From the NCBI GenBank assembly GCA_041658665.1, contig JBAZZR010000001.1, positions 576 to 64,575 on the forward strand: a DNA stretch of 64,000 bases, read 5' to 3'. The position numbers and the translations under genes are program-made. The notes under the pieces were generated by a model that was not told where the DNA came from, did no database searches, and saw only the letters and a list, made by a program, of their open reading frames with translations. Source of the stretch: Patescibacteria group bacterium. Lineage in GTDB: Bacteria > Patescibacteriota > Patescibacteriia > Patescibacteriales > UBA12465. Shown in pieces: positions 26,460-36,423 of the stretch (positions within the stretch are counted from its first letter, which is position 1; every line of letters begins with the position of its first letter).

Positions 26460-27938
26460 CATCCCGTTGAGGGAGGTGAAATAGTACCTGAAACCATATA
26501 CTTACAAAGAGTCGGAGCCCCGCAAGGGGTGACGGCGTGCCTATTGAAGAATGAGCCAACGAGTTTGTTCTATGTGGCTTACATAATCTCCGTTTGGAGA
26601 GCATGTATAGTGAAAGCGAGGGTTAATAGCCCGCATTGTGCTTCACTTTTACGCATTAATTTATTAGTGCGTTAAAGTGAAGTACACGTCGCATGGACAA
26701 GACCCGAAGCCGGGTGATCTAACCATGAGCAGGTTGAAGTCCGTCGAAAGACGGATGGAGGACCGAACCCATTAGCCGTGCAACACTATGGGATGACTTG
26801 TGGTTGGCGCAGAAATTGTAATCGAACTCGGCAATAGCTGGTTCTCCTCGAAATAGCTTTTGGGCTAGCCTCGGATGTTGACCCCAGGGGGTAGAGCACT
26901 GGATGAGGGCAGGTCGCAAGATACTGTCTTCAATCAAACTCCGAATACTTGGGGGTAGAGTCCGGGAGTCAGACTATGGGCGCTAAGGTCCATCAGTCAA
27001 AAGGGAAACAGCCCTGATCACAATCTAAGGTCCCTAAATTCAAGCTAAGTGTAAAAGGTGGTGTTGTGACTACGACAGTTAGGAGGTTGGCTTAGAAGCA
27101 GCCATCCTTTAAAGATAGCGTAATAGCTCACTAATCAAGTTGTTTCGCGCCGAAAATTTATCGGGGCTAAGCTTGGTACCGAAGATGTGAACTCTCTGAT
27201 TTATTTCAGGGAGTGGTAGAGGAGCATTCTCTTTAGCGTTGAAGTCGTGTCGTGAGGCGCGGTGGAGCGGAGAGAAGGGAGAATGTTGGCATGAGTAGCA
27301 AAAAGGCGGGTAAAAACCCCGCCCATCGAAAACCTAAGGTTTCCTGGGCAACGCAAATCGACCCAGGGTTAGTCGATCCTAAGGCCCATCCCGTGTAGTG
27401 CGGGAGCTAGCCGATGGATGAGCCGGTTAATATTCCGGCACTACTGTTGTTTTCCGAAGGGGAGACGCAGCTCTAAAGTTTAAGCGTGCTATGGTATGTA
27501 CGTTTGCGGTCTTGAGAAACGACCTAGGCAAATCCGGGTCACTAGTTTCAAGAGATTGTGAAGAGACGAAGCCGCAAGGTAGAGTCAATTTAAGTGGCAG
27601 AGCTGACTAGAAAAGCCTCTAGGGCTAAGGCAACAGTATTCGTACCGTAAACCGACACAGGTAGGTGAGGCGAGAAGCCTCAGATGTACGAGAGAAACTT
27701 CGTTAAGGAACTCGGCAAAACAGCGGCCGTAATTTAGAGATAAGGCCTGCCCTACGCAAGTAGGGCCGCAGCTAAAGAGCCCAAGGGACTGTTTATCAAA
27801 AACATAGCTCTCTGCTAACTCGCAAGAGGATGTATAGAGGGTGATGCCTGGCCAGTGTCCGAACGTTAAGAGGAGAGGTTAGCCGCAAGGCGAAGCTTTG
27901 AATCCAAGCGCGGATGAACGCCGGCGATAACTATAATC

Positions 27939-27991
<53 letters not shown>

Positions 27992-28478
27992 TTAACCACT
28001 TGGGCACTGTCTCAACGAAGTACTCGGTGAAATTGCAAGACGAGTAAAGATGCTCGTTAACCACAGTTGGACGAAAAGACCCCGTGAAGCTTTACTACAA
28101 CTTGATATTGAATTAGGGATACACATGTTCAGAATAGGTGGGAGCCGCAAGGCGCCAGTGAGATACCACCCTTGTCTATTTTTAATTCTCACCCTGAAAT
28201 TCAGGGGACAGTGTCTGGTGGGTAGTTTGTCTGGGGCGGATGCCTCCCAAAAAGTAACGGAGGCGTTTACCAAGGTCGGCTATCCCGGAATGGAAACCCG
28301 GGAGATAGTGTAAAGGCATAAGCCGGCTTTACTGCGAGACCTACAAGTCGAGCAGTCGCGAAAGCGGAACTTAGTGATCCGACCATTCAATATAGGATGG
28401 TGGAAGCTCATCGGATAAAAGCTACTCCGGGGATAACAGGCTAGTCAGGTCCAAGAGTCCACATCGACGACCTGGTTC

Positions 28479-28511
<33 letters not shown>

Positions 28512-28521
28512 GTGGAGAAGC

Positions 28522-28574
<53 letters not shown>

Positions 28575-28578
28575 CCGT

Positions 28579-29280
28579 TTAGCGGCTAATATTATTGGCC
28601 ATTAAACACTCTGAATCCACGAGGTAAAAGACATCAAATTACGGCGGCAATATCAAGTAATTGATATTGGTATAAAAAGTTGACTCATATCGATGGAGTC
28701 CTAACAAGAGTTGAAAAACAACCTGTCATATGTTAGGATAATATCGAGGGAAGTCGCTTATGTTAAAATTAACGCAACAACAATTAGCGTATTTAGCAGG
28801 ATTCATTGATGGTGATGGGAGTATTTATGTAAGACTTAAGCCGAATGATACTTATCGTTATGGTTTTCAGATAGCTCCTTATATAATATTATTCCAATCC
28901 GCCAAAGATGAGGTAAATTTTCAGAAGATTTGTGAAATGCTAGATTGCGGCTATTTGCGAAGAAGAAAAGATGGAATTTTAGAGTATACTATCGGTAGAA
29001 AAGAAGAGATATTGTCTTTAATCCAAAAGATTAAACCATACTTAATTCTAAAACACCGGCAGGCAGATTTATTAGAGAAGATATTTAAATATAAGTCTCT
29101 AGTAAAAAATGCCCATGATTTTTCCAAATTAATGGATTTAATCAATCAATTTGGGGAGATAAATTATTCTAAGAAACGCATCAAACATAAGTTGACCCCG
29201 TAGAGACTAAACGTCAGCCTCCTGAAAGCGTTTCAGGATGAAGGTATAGTCCAATGCACTTAGTAATAAGTGAAAACATG
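28579..29280 (+). mobile_element. Group I intron at the E. coli U2593-equivalent site (the I-CreI / Cr.LSU site)
   Basis: Joining 28578 to 29281 restores GGGTTCAGACCGT|CGTAAGACAGGTCGGTC (E. coli GGGTTTAGAACGTCGTGAGACAGTTCGGTC). Exon 1 ends in U and the intron ends in G. P7-type core GTAGAGACTAAAC / AAGGTATAGTCC. Confidence 0.85.
28760..29203 (+). CDS. Single-motif LAGLIDADG homing endonuclease, I-CreI-like, intron-encoded
   Basis: LAYLAGFIDGDGSIYVRLKPN...GYLRRRKDG...IKPYLILKHRQADLL aligns by eye with I-CreI (LLYLAGFVDGDGSIIAQIKPN...GYVRDRGSV...LQPFLKLKQKQANLV). The stop TAG lies in the P7 core. Confidence 0.9.
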   Translation: MLKLTQQQLAYLAGFIDGDGSIYVRLKPNDTYRYGFQIAPYIILFQSAKDEVNFQKICEMLDCGYLRRRKDGILEYTIGRKEEILSLIQKIKPYLILKHRQADLLEKIFKYKSLVKNAHDFSKLMDLINQFGEINYSKKRIKHKLTP

Positions 29281-29676
29281 CGTAAGACAGGTCGGTCTCC
29301 TATCCACTGTGGTCGTGGAAACTTGAGAGGGCCCTTCCTTAGTACGAGAGGACCGGGAAGGACGAAGCTCTAGTGTACCTGCTGTTCTACCAAGGGCATC
29401 GCAGGGTAGCTACCTTCGGTTAAGATAAGCGCTGAAAGCATCTAAGTGCGAAGCTGTCCTCAAGATTAGGTTTCATAGACTGGTTAGAGAATATAACCTT
29501 GATAGGCCGTACGTGTAAGTCCCGTAAGGGATTGAGCGGAGCGGTACTAATAAGTCATTTGATTTTCCCACACTTTTATTTTTAAGTATTTTGAATCTTT
29601 ACGAGACATTAATTTGCAATGGTTACCCATTAGCGGCTTCGGCTCTTAATGGGGTCTATATAAAAGACACCATTGT

Positions 29677-29791
29677 TCTGGTGGTTTGAGCGGAGGGGTC
29701 ATACCTGATCCCATCCCGAACTCAGAAGTCAAGCCCTCCAGCGCCGATGATACTTGGGCCTGAGCCCTGGGAAAGTAGGTCGCCGCCAGAA
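29677..29791 (+). rRNA. rrf: 5S ribosomal RNA
   Basis: TCTGGTGG...CCCATCCCGAACTCAGAAGTCAAGC...GGGAAAGTAGGTCGCCGCCAGA. Flanked by a complementary processing stem (CACCATTGT / ACAATGGTG). Confidence 0.9.
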
Positions 29792-29848
29792 CAATGGTGT
29801 TTTTTAATTGGGAAAGCCTCTTATTTGTAGTCATTAAAAAATAGATGT

Positions 29849-29875
29849 AAAATAAGAGCATTCCTCTTATTTTTT
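29849..29875 (+). terminator. Intrinsic terminator after 5S
   Basis: ATAAGAG-CATTC-CTCTTAT hairpin followed by T6. Confidence 0.7.
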
Positions 29876-29881
29876 AAATTT

Positions 29882-31375
29882 ATGTCTCTTATAAAATCTA
29901 TTTCGGGTATTCGCGGGGTGATTGGCGGAGCCCCGGGAGAAAATTTGACGCCGCCGGATATTGTTAAATTTACGGCGGCTTTTGGCATGTTTATTAAACA
30001 AAATAATTCCGGCCAGAGGGTAAAAATAATTATTGGTCGTGACGCTCGAATTTCCGGAGAGATGGTAAAAAATTTGGTTATTGGCACACTTTTAAGTCAG
30101 GGAATTGATATTATCGATTTAGGTTTAGCCTCAACGCCGACGGTCGAGTTAGCGGTCGCTAGTCAAGATGCTCAAGGAGGCGTGATTTTATCAGCTTCTC
30201 ATAATCCCCAGGGTTGGAATGCTTTAAAGTTATTAAATTCTCAAGGAGAATTTTTGTCGCCAGACGAGGGGGAGACTCTGATTCAACTCGCCGAGAAAAA
30301 TAATTTTGATTTCGTGAGTGAAGAAAAATTAGGGACTTACCTTTTTAATCCTTATTTGGCGGCCGAGCATCTTCGGAAAATTTTGCAGCTGGCTTTGGTT
30401 GATAAAAATATCATTGCTCAGCGTAATTTTAAAATAGTTGTTGATGGTATTAATTCGGTAGGCGGAATGATCGTCCCAGAATTATTAAAAGTTCTGGGCG
30501 TTAATAATATTGTTGAATTAAATTGTGAACCAAACGGACAATTTACTCATCAGCCCGAACCTTTAGCGAAAAATTTGACGCAGATTATGGATAAAGTTAA
30601 ACAAGAAAAAGCGGATCTAGGAATTGTCGTCGATCCGGATGTTGACCGTTTGGCTTTTATTAATGAGAAGGGAGAGATGTTGGGCGAGGAGTATACTTTA
30701 GTCGCCGTGGCTGACTATGTCTTAAGAAATTTTGAAACGATTAATATTTCGACTGAGAGTCGTTCCGCCAGTCGAGTAGATAATCAAGCCGATAATCAAT
30801 TAAATAATAAATATAATAAATCAACAGTTTCTAATTTATCTTCTTCACGGGCTTTAAAAGATATTACGGAAAAGTATCAGGGAGAATATCAAGCGGCGGC
30901 AGTGGGCGAGGTTAATGTTGTGAGAAAAATGAAAGAAATAAAGGCCATCATTGGCGGCGAAGGAAATGGGGGAATTATTTATCCGGAGTTACATTATGGC
31001 CGAGACGCGCTCGTTGGTATTGCTTTATTTTTAACTCATTTAGCGAAAGAGAATAAAAAAGTATCGGAATTGCGCCAAGCGTTGCCGGAATATTTTATGG
31101 TTAAGGATAAATTAGAATTACAGCCCGGTTTAAATTTATTGGATTTGTTATTAAGAATAAAACATGACTATGAAAGCCGAGGATCAGAAGATAATAGCCA
31201 ACTTAAAATAACCGATATCGATGGCTTAAAAATTGATTGGACAAATTCTTGGGTTCATCTGCGCTCGTCTAATACCGAGCCGATAATTAGAATTTATGCT
31301 GAGGCTAAAAGTTTAAACGTCGCTGAGCAGAAAGTTAAGGAAATTAAAGAGAAAATTTTAGCTTATATTAAATAA
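29882..31375 (+). CDS. Alpha-D-phosphohexomutase (phosphoglucosamine/phosphomannomutase family)
   Basis: Active-site loop SASHNPQGWNALK and metal loop VVDPDVDR. Contains a low-complexity N/Q/S-rich insertion (RSASRVDNQADNQLNNKYNK). Confidence 0.85.
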   Translation: MSLIKSISGIRGVIGGAPGENLTPPDIVKFTAAFGMFIKQNNSGQRVKIIIGRDARISGEMVKNLVIGTLLSQGIDIIDLGLASTPTVELAVASQDAQGGVILSASHNPQGWNALKLLNSQGEFLSPDEGETLIQLAEKNNFDFVSEEKLGTYLFNPYLAAEHLRKILQLALVDKNIIAQRNFKIVVDGINSVGGMIVPELLKVLGVNNIVELNCEPNGQFTHQPEPLAKNLTQIMDKVKQEKADLGIVVDPDVDRLAFINEKGEMLGEEYTLVAVADYVLRNFETINISTESRSASRVDNQADNQLNNKYNKSTVSNLSSSRALKDITEKYQGEYQAAAVGEVNVVRKMKEIKAIIGGEGNGGIIYPELHYGRDALVGIALFLTHLAKENKKVSELRQALPEYFMVKDKLELQPGLNLLDLLLRIKHDYESRGSEDNSQLKITDIDGLKIDWTNSWVHLRSSNTEPIIRIYAEAKSLNVAEQKVKEIKEKILAYIK

Positions 31376-31504
31376 AATATATCATAATAGTCTGTTTGCT
31401 TCTGAGCCATAAAAATGCTAAGATAAATAGTGATTTTAATAATCTCTTTTTATTATTAGTTTCTGTTTAGCCTGGTGGCGAGGCTTAAACTTATCGATAA
31501 TCTT

Positions 31505-32263
31505 ATGCTCCGCATCGTTATTTTAGCGGCTGGCAAGGGGGCGCGGATGAACTCCGAATTGCCGAAAGTCTTAGTCGATTTAAAAAGTCGGCCGATGATT
31601 AAATATTTATTAGACTCGGTGGTTAATTCCGGTCTAGATCCGCAACCATTAGTAGTTGTTTCTCCTGACAATCAGAAAATAATCAGTTCTGCCCTGGCTG
31701 ATTATAATTTGGAATATATAATTCAGGATAAACAGTTAGGGACTGGTCACGCCGTCGCTTGTGCGCGCGCTACGCTCGCTCAAAAAGGAGAAACTCCGGA
31801 AAATATTATCGTTCTTTACGGCGATCATCCTTTTTTGAAACCGGAGTCAATAAAAAATCTAGCTAAGTCGGGTCCTGAAACGGTTACTATTATGCCGGCC
31901 ACTTTGCCGGATTTTAGCGGTTGGTTTCATAATTTTTATCATTGGGGACGGATTTTACGTAATCCCGCCGGTGCGGTAGCGGAGATTAGAGAATTTAAAG
32001 ATGCTAGCGATGAGGAAAAGTTGATTTCGGAAGTAAATAGTGGTTTTATGTGTTTTAATACAGAGTGGCTTTTTAAAAATATTGATCGTTTGACTGACCA
32101 TAACCAGCAGAAGGAATATTATCTGACCGATATGATAAAAATCGCCGTTGACGAACAACAAAAGATTAAGACAGTGAGTATCGGTCCGGTTGAGGCGATG
32201 GGTATTAATAGCTTAGAGGAATTACAAATTGCGGAAAATATTTTGCACCAAGATTATAATTAA
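31505..32263 (+). CDS. Sugar-phosphate nucleotidyltransferase (GlmU N-terminal-domain-like, no acetyltransferase domain)
   Basis: VILAAGKGARMNSELPKVL and QLGTGHAV motifs. Start taken at the ATG at 31505. Confidence 0.8.
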   Translation: MLRIVILAAGKGARMNSELPKVLVDLKSRPMIKYLLDSVVNSGLDPQPLVVVSPDNQKIISSALADYNLEYIIQDKQLGTGHAVACARATLAQKGETPENIIVLYGDHPFLKPESIKNLAKSGPETVTIMPATLPDFSGWFHNFYHWGRILRNPAGAVAEIREFKDASDEEKLISEVNSGFMCFNTEWLFKNIDRLTDHNQQKEYYLTDMIKIAVDEQQKIKTVSIGPVEAMGINSLEELQIAENILHQDYN

Positions 32264-32272
32264 TTAGCTTGT

Positions 32273-33562
32273 ATGCAACAAATTCTTGATCTTCATATTC
32301 ATTCTCGTTATTCTCGCGCCTGTTCTCCCCAATTAACTCTGATTAATATTGATCGGGTTTGTCGAAGTAAAGGTATTGATATTATTGCTACTGGCGATTT
32401 TACTTATCCGGCCTGGTTCGCGTCCTTGGAGGACGAATTAGAGGAAATAAGCGCCGGGGCAGGGCTTTATAAACTTAAAACAGCGAATGATAATAAGATT
32501 AAGTTTATTTTAAGCACGGAAGTATCTCTAATATATAAGGACGGGGAAAAGGTTAGACGGCTGCATTTAGTAATTCATGCGCCTAATTTAAAAGCGGTCG
32601 TCGAACTTAATCGTCAGCTTGATCGGCGTTTTAATATTAAAAGCGACGGTCGGCCAATTCTAGGAATAAAAGCGCCGGATTTAGTTGCTCTAATCCTAAA
32701 TATCGATCCCCGTTTTCTAATTTATCCGGCGCATATCTGGACGCCCTGGTTTTCTGTCTTCGGTTCTAAATCCGGCTTTGATTCTTTAGCAGAATGTTTT
32801 AAAGATCAGGTGAAAAATATTTTTGCGGTCGAAACAGGTTTGTCGAGTGACCCGGCCATGAATTGGCGTTTATCGGCTTTAGATAATTTAACTATTTTAT
32901 CTAATTCTGATGCCCATAGTTTAAATAATATCGGCCGGGAAGCCAATATTATGGAAATCGCCGGTGAGCCGGATTATTTAAAAATTTATAATATTATCAA
33001 AGAGCATAAACGGGTAAAAGAGGGGTCGGGGGGCTTGGAAAAATCTGGTCTTAAGGCGACGGTGGAATTTTATCCGGAAGAAGGTATGTATCATTTCGAC
33101 GGTCATCGAGATTGTAATTTCAGTTGCGCGCCGGCCGCGAGCCGCCGCTTTAAAAATCTTTGTCCGGTCTGTCAAAGACCTTTAGTAATTGGAGTTTTAA
33201 ATCGGGTTGAAGAATTAGCTGATCGGCCCCTAGGTTATCGCTCGTTGGGCGCTGTCGACTTTAAAAAATTAGTAGAATTAGATAAGATTATAGCAGAGGC
33301 TTTCGCGATTAAGAGTCGGAGTTCTAAGGCCGTGCAAAAATATTATCACGAGCTGATTAACCGTTTCGGCAGCGAGCTCTCTATTCTCTTAGATCTTGAT
33401 CTAGATAAGGCCGGTTCAGATATCGATTCGCGAGTGAGAGAGGGAATTAAAAGAGTTCGTCGAGGCGAATTAATCATTAAACCGGGTTTCGATGGCCAAT
33501 ACGGCGAAATTAATATTTTTTCCGCCGAGACTAGAGGAGAGCATCAGTCTTCTTTATTATAA
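32273..33562 (+). CDS. Endonuclease Q (EndoQ)-like PHP-domain protein with zinc ribbon
   Basis: DLHIHSRYSRA, ATGDFTYPAW, PAHIWTPW, LSNSDAHS..GREAN, CPVCQRPLVIGVLNRVEELADR and PGFDGQYGEI match, from memory, the conserved blocks of archaeal EndoQ (TIGR00375 family). Confidence 0.7.
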   Translation: MQQILDLHIHSRYSRACSPQLTLINIDRVCRSKGIDIIATGDFTYPAWFASLEDELEEISAGAGLYKLKTANDNKIKFILSTEVSLIYKDGEKVRRLHLVIHAPNLKAVVELNRQLDRRFNIKSDGRPILGIKAPDLVALILNIDPRFLIYPAHIWTPWFSVFGSKSGFDSLAECFKDQVKNIFAVETGLSSDPAMNWRLSALDNLTILSNSDAHSLNNIGREANIMEIAGEPDYLKIYNIIKEHKRVKEGSGGLEKSGLKATVEFYPEEGMYHFDGHRDCNFSCAPAASRRFKNLCPVCQRPLVIGVLNRVEELADRPLGYRSLGAVDFKKLVELDKIIAEAFAIKSRSSKAVQKYYHELINRFGSELSILLDLDLDKAGSDIDSRVREGIKRVRRGELIIKPGFDGQYGEINIFSAETRGEHQSSLL

Positions 33563-33569
33563 AATTTAT

Positions 33570-34178
33570 ATGTTATTCGCTCGTAATTCATTAGCCAGCT
33601 TACTTCTAATCGTGATGTTTTTAGCGTTAATATCTATTGCCACAATTTTATACGGCAGTGATAACCAGAAAAAGGCGGATTTAGAGCAAAATTTTATTTG
33701 GCGTCAAACTCGTCTAGCCGCTGATTGGGGTCTAGCATTTTTAACGGGAATAAGCCGAGGCGGTTTAGACCAAGATGTAAAACGATTGTTAGCAGAAAAT
33801 AATCAGTCTCTCGGTCAAGCCGAAAGTACCGGAGGGACTGAGAATACTGATGGAACTGAAAATTCTGAAAGCACTGAGAATTCTGAAGGCGTTGAGAATT
33901 CGAAGACTAGTAGTTCGTCGCCTGTAGCGGCAGTGAGCAATGAGACGGGAACTTCTAATCAAGATAATTCTTCGTCCTCTTGGGAGCTAGTTATGTCGGA
34001 CTTAAAAAATGAGTGGGATAAAGCCAAAGATAATCCGGATAAAATTGATTTATCTAAAAATAGTTGGCGTAATTTTATCGGTTGGGAGCGGCACGCTACC
34101 GGAGCGGATCTAATTTTGCGGAGCAAGAATAAAGACGTTTATCGTCTGTCCCTGCCGTTCAAGTTTTTAGGTAAATAA
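33570..34178 (+). CDS. Membrane-anchored acidic low-complexity protein
   Basis: N-terminal TM helix, GTENTD/GTENSE/STENSE/GVENSK repeat, Ser-rich linker. Start moved to the ATG at 33570 because the longer ORF overlaps the previous gene. Confidence 0.6.
   Translation: MLFARNSLASLLLIVMFLALISIATILYGSDNQKKADLEQNFIWRQTRLAADWGLAFLTGISRGGLDQDVKRLLAENNQSLGQAESTGGTENTDGTENSESTENSEGVENSKTSSSSPVAAVSNETGTSNQDNSSSSWELVMSDLKNEWDKAKDNPDKIDLSKNSWRNFIGWERHATGADLILRSKNKDVYRLSLPFKFLGK
33834..33905 (+). repeat. 18-nt (6-aa) tandem repeat x4 within a CDS
   Basis: GGGACTGAGAATACTGAT / GGAACTGAAAATTCTGAA / AGCACTGAGAATTCTGAA / GGCGTTGAGAATTCGAAG. Confidence 0.85.
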
Positions 34179-34339
34179 TGGGAAAATATTTAAAAAATAG
34201 GGATTTTTGCGATATTTTTATAGAAATAGTCCTAGAAAATTGTTAGTAAAAATTTATTGAATATTTATTAATTTTTATAGGTTATTTTAGGGGTCTTGTG
34301 CTATAATAAGTTTGTTAATTAAATAATATTGTTAAAAAT

Positions 34340-35392
34340 ATGGCTAAAGAAAAAGAGAAAAAAAATACGGCAGAGCGGGAAGATAGTAAAAATAAACGCG
34401 AAGACGCTGCTTTAAACGCGATTGAACAAATTCGCAGTCGTTTTGGTGAGGGAGCGATTATGAAATTTGGTGATATTCCGAGAACTAACGTTGATGTAAT
34501 TTCGACCGGTTGTTTATCTTTAGATATGGCGACTGGTATCGGCGGAGTGCCGCGCGGTCGGGTAATTGAAATTTTTGGTCCAGAGTCATCGGGCAAAACA
34601 ACTTTAGCTCAACATATCGTGGCTGAAGTTCAAAAAGCCGGCGGGATTGCGGCTTTTGTTGATGCGGAACACGCCCTCGATCCGGAGTATGCTACTAAAA
34701 TTGGGGTTAATATTAAAGAGATGCTTTTATCACAACCAGATAGCGGCGAACAAGCGCTCGAAATCGTCGAGACTTTAGTCCGCTCTAATGCGGTTGATGT
34801 GATCGTAGTTGATAGCGTCGCTGCTTTAGTGCCGCAAAAAGAAATCGAGGGAGATATGGGCGATCAGCATATGGGTTTACAAGCGCGACTGATGAGCCAA
34901 GCGCTACGTAAATTAACGGCGATTATTGCTAAAACTAAGACGGTCGTTATCTTTATTAATCAGATTCGTAATAAGATTGGAGTTTTCTTTGGTAGTCCGG
35001 AAACTACGACCGGCGGCAATGCTTTAAAATTTTATTGTTCTGTACGAATTGAAGTAAGGAAGGCGGCGCAAATTAAACAAGGCGAAAAAATTATTGGTAA
35101 TCGGGTTAAGGTGAAGATAGTAAAAAATAAAGTGGCCGCTCCTTTTAGAACCTGTGAATTTGATATTATGTATAATGAGGGTATTTCGGTTTCCGGGGAT
35201 TTAGTTGATTTAGGCGTTGAGTATAATGTCGTTAAAAAGAATGGCAATTCTTATTCTTTTGGTGATCTTAAATTAGGAACTGGCCGAGAAGTCGCCAAGA
35301 AGCTGATAAAAGACGATAAAAAGTTAGCCGGAGAAATTCGGAAAGCGATTATCGCTGAAGTAAAGAGTAAGGAAATTGAACAGAATAAATAA
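34340..35392 (+). CDS. recA: Recombinase RecA
   Basis: Walker [12 protein letters not shown]1/L2 loop regions, near-canonical RecA throughout. Confidence 0.97.
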   Translation: MAKEKEKKNTAEREDSKNKREDAALNAIEQIRSRFGEGAIMKFGDIPRTNVDVISTGCLSLDMATGIGGVPRGRVIEIFGPESSGKTTLAQHIVAEVQKAGGIAAFVDAEHALDPEYATKIGVNIKEMLLSQPDSGEQALEIVETLVRSNAVDVIVVDSVAALVPQKEIEGDMGDQHMGLQARLMSQALRKLTAIIAKTKTVVIFINQIRNKIGVFFGSPETTTGGNALKFYCSVRIEVRKAAQIKQGEKIIGNRVKVKIVKNKVAAPFRTCEFDIMYNEGISVSGDLVDLGVEYNVVKKNGNSYSFGDLKLGTGREVAKKLIKDDKKLAGEIRKAIIAEVKSKEIEQNK

Positions 35393-35445
35393 TTATAATT
35401 TAGAGTATCGCCTCCCGGAATTGCCGCGGAGGCGATTTTCAAAAT

Positions 35446-36129
35446 ATGAAAAAAACTTTTGTTTTATCAGTCGGTGGTTCGCTGCTGGTTACTAAAGAAG
35501 GAATTAATGTTGATTTTTTGAGGCGATTTACCGCTTTTATTAAAGAACAAGTAAAGAGGGGCCAGCGGTTTTATTTAGTAGTTGGCGGCGGCTATACCGC
35601 TCGAGTTTATATCAAGGCGGCTTTAGAGACCGGTCCGATTAAACATTCTGATCGCGATTTAGTCGGTATTAGGGCGACTCGGTTAAATGCGGAATTATTA
35701 AAAATTGTTTTTGGCCGCTTAGCTTACGACGAGGTTATCACCGACCCGACTAAGAGAAAGAAAATTAAAGAAGCGGTAATTTTTGTCGGCGGCTATAAGC
35801 CGGGCTGGTCGACTGATTATGTCGCCGTCCTAGTAGCGAAGCATAATAAAACTAAAATAGTGATTAATCTTTCTAATATTGATTATGCTTATGATAAAGA
35901 TCCTAAAAAATTCCCGGCGGCGAAAAAATTAGAAGCAGTCGCTTGGCCGGCTTTTCGTAAAATTGTTGGCAGTCGGTGGCAACCGGGTTTAAACCTGCCT
36001 TTTGATCCCGTGGCCTCGCAGGAAGCCCAGAAAGAAAAATTACAGGTAGTAATTTTAAATGGTGATAACTTACCTAATTTAGCTAATTGTTTAGCGGGCA
36101 AGAAATTCAAGGGGACAGTGATTAGTTAA
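35446..36129 (+). CDS. pyrH: UMP kinase, archaeal-type
   Basis: Amino-acid-kinase fold VLSVGGSLL...VVGGG. The ~227-aa short form is typical of archaeal PyrH. Confidence 0.75.
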   Translation: MKKTFVLSVGGSLLVTKEGINVDFLRRFTAFIKEQVKRGQRFYLVVGGGYTARVYIKAALETGPIKHSDRDLVGIRATRLNAELLKIVFGRLAYDEVITDPTKRKKIKEAVIFVGGYKPGWSTDYVAVLVAKHNKTKIVINLSNIDYAYDKDPKKFPAAKKLEAVAWPAFRKIVGSRWQPGLNLPFDPVASQEAQKEKLQVVILNGDNLPNLANCLAGKKFKGTVIS

Positions 36130-36173
36130 GGCTAGTTTTTAGATAATAAAAGATATTTATCCACAGCAAACCC

Positions 36174-36201
36174 TTGACTAGCTAATTGGTTTTAGTATAA
36201 T
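36174..36201 (+). promoter_or_regulatory. Sigma70-like promoter preceding box copy f
   Basis: TTGACT (36174-36179), 16-nt spacer, TATAAT (36196-36201). Confidence 0.55.
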
Positions 36202-36220
36202 GGGTAGTATGTTTAATCAT

Positions 36221-36283
36221 AATTTACAAGTAAACCGTTGGAGCCTCATTAAGCCGGTCATTATTTTAGATGGGTCGGTTTTT
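36221..36283 (+). repeat. Box+hairpin intergenic element, copy f (distal copy)
   Basis: AATTTACAAGTAAACCGTTGGAGCCTCA, then a wobble-rich hairpin CCGGTC...GGGTCGG and T-run. A second clean terminator lies at about 36340-36368. Confidence 0.55.
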
Positions 36284-36423
36284 ATTTGTAAATTGAATGC
36301 GTAAATAGTCAGACAAATTTCAATAGCAAATAAAAACCGAGTTAAAAGACTCGGTTTTTATAAAGTTCCTTTCAAATTAAATAAACCCAATTAATTCAAT
36401 CATTCATAAATAATGGAGTCCCT

